Shown here: positions 62,701 to 64,000 of the stretch, in pieces | How positions within the stretch are numbered: position 1 is the stretch's first letter | Layout of the letters: each line of letters opens with the position of its first letter | Source of the DNA: Raillietiella orientalis | Taxonomy: Eukaryota | Assembly: GCA_036172245.1 (NCBI GenBank) | Contig: JAYWIR010000013.1 | Coordinates: 1,178,001 to 1,242,000 of the forward strand | Reading direction: 5' to 3' | DNA: 64,000 bases | Translations under genes and position numbers: made by a program | Notes under the pieces: generated by a model | The model's database searches: none | What the model was told of the DNA's origin: nothing | The model's input: the letters and a program-made list of their open reading frames with translations, nothing else

Positions 62701-64000
62701 AGTCCCTGCTTCATCCTCTTCTGTAAACACAATCTTTTCGAGAGCGAAGGCGTAACATTTGAAATCTAAGGGTGAAGAACTTGATATTTACTTTGCCATC
62801 TCCGGTGACAGTCCCAACAACGCAAACTGGGCATCTTTCCCTCGCACACATCTTCAGCAGTGATGGATAATCATCTTTTGCGATTAGAATTGCGTTACTC
62901 TCCTGGTATTCAGCACTCCAAATTTCCATAGTGCTGACCGTTGGGTCTCCAAGAATAAATCCCGATTTTTGAATGCTCGCACCGGCAGGGAAAACTAGCT
63001 CTTTAAGGACGTTTCCTTATGTTGAAATTTCACAGAAATTCTGCCTACAGCAAATCCTTGGACCACTTACCATTACCGCCTGCTCCTTGGTCATGAATAC
63101 TCAGTATAGGATTTTTCGGGGATTCCAGGCAAGCTCTTATAACTCTGTTTAATTTCTGTTCCATTTCTGGATCACCACGCTGCACTGCATTAAAATCTAA
63201 TTCTGCACGGTTCCTAGACAGGTCCTAACAAAATTCCTTTCCTAAATCAATTTTCACTTTTCCAAACGGCAGGGAACATCGAAAGAAAATAATGTCATCC
63301 ACGCGGCAATATTATTCTAATCTTTTTCTCCTTTTTTGGCCAGTCGGCCATTCAATCATTATCATCATTACAACAAGCAGATCTCGCCTACAGGTGCCCA
63401 TGTTTCGTATTTTCCATTTCGAATGGCCGCGATTAACAGGCACGTCATGGAGGATGCAGGGCAGAGCTCCATTCTCCTTAGCGGCGTGAACTACTGGAAG
63501 ACACGAGGAAACCAAAACGTGCCCTGATATTTGGGACGAAAGTGTACAATGCAGATCACGAGAGGCCGGCTAAATCCAAAGGAAGTGTGTCTTTTCCGCT
63601 GTGGAAAAGTGTCCAAAAGAATCCTCCAGGACAGGCTTCTTCTTTCGATACGGCGAAACGAAGCCAGAGGAACATGCAACTCTCCGGAAATCAAAGACGC
63701 CACACGTGCAGCAAACGCATGTCATGCCCTTCACGAGGCTTCACTTCTAATGGGATTTTCATTCACTCCAATCGTTAACCTACGAAGACTTGGACGTGTG
63801 TGCGTTTCACGAAAAGGCAGTTGGGGCATTCAGATGACCTCTGATGATTCGGAATTACGAAGCAATTGCAATCGCCACGAGTTATTTCGCGACAACAGGC
63901 GATAGTAGGTAGCAGGGAAGAAATTACCTGAACGGAACTAGCTGCTCCTCCACCTACACCTATACGATAGACAGGACCTCCCAATTTCACCACCATCATT
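59766..64000 (-). CDS. PFAS: Phosphoribosylformylglycinamidine synthase (PurL-type), 3' part, about 13 exons, 5' end outside the window
   Basis: KLGGPVYRIGVGGGAASS (63928-64000), AVQRGDPEMEQK..IHDQGAGGNG (63071-63224), EIWSAEYQE, VASKRYLTSKVDRSVTG, VDGGKDSLSM, GHDISDGG, REEGVNGDRE, glutaminase LGICNGCQ and MPHPER; stop at 59766. Confidence 0.97.

Overview
Eukaryotic nuclear DNA from an invertebrate; the NCKX loop motif resembles Drosophila Nckx30C, so probably an arthropod, but the taxon cannot be fixed from the sequence. The window has two visibly different domains. (1) ~1-38.4 kb is GC-rich and dense in repeats. It holds a heavily decayed but collinear Maverick/Polinton (adintovirus-like) on the minus strand (~11.4-25.9 kb: minor capsid, c-integrase, major capsid, probable protease, protein-primed PolB, packaging ATPase), none of which survives as an intact ORF. 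It also holds many copies of an unrecognised composite repeat that combines a tRNA-like Pol III module, ~40-bp degenerate tandem repeats and a tandemly duplicated orphan ORF family. Most of a 7-exon K+-dependent Na+/Ca2+ exchanger gene lies here, with a small NUMT (trnW-cox1) in one intron. (2) ~40-64 kb is AT-rich and gene-compact with 40-70 bp introns: the last NCKX exon, SUB1/PC4, a truncated L1/Tx1-like LINE, a KIAA1549/UPF0606-like membrane protein, egghead/bre-3 and the 3' part of PFAS. All homology calls come from manual translation and remembered family motifs; no database search was run. Coordinates of decayed elements are approximate.
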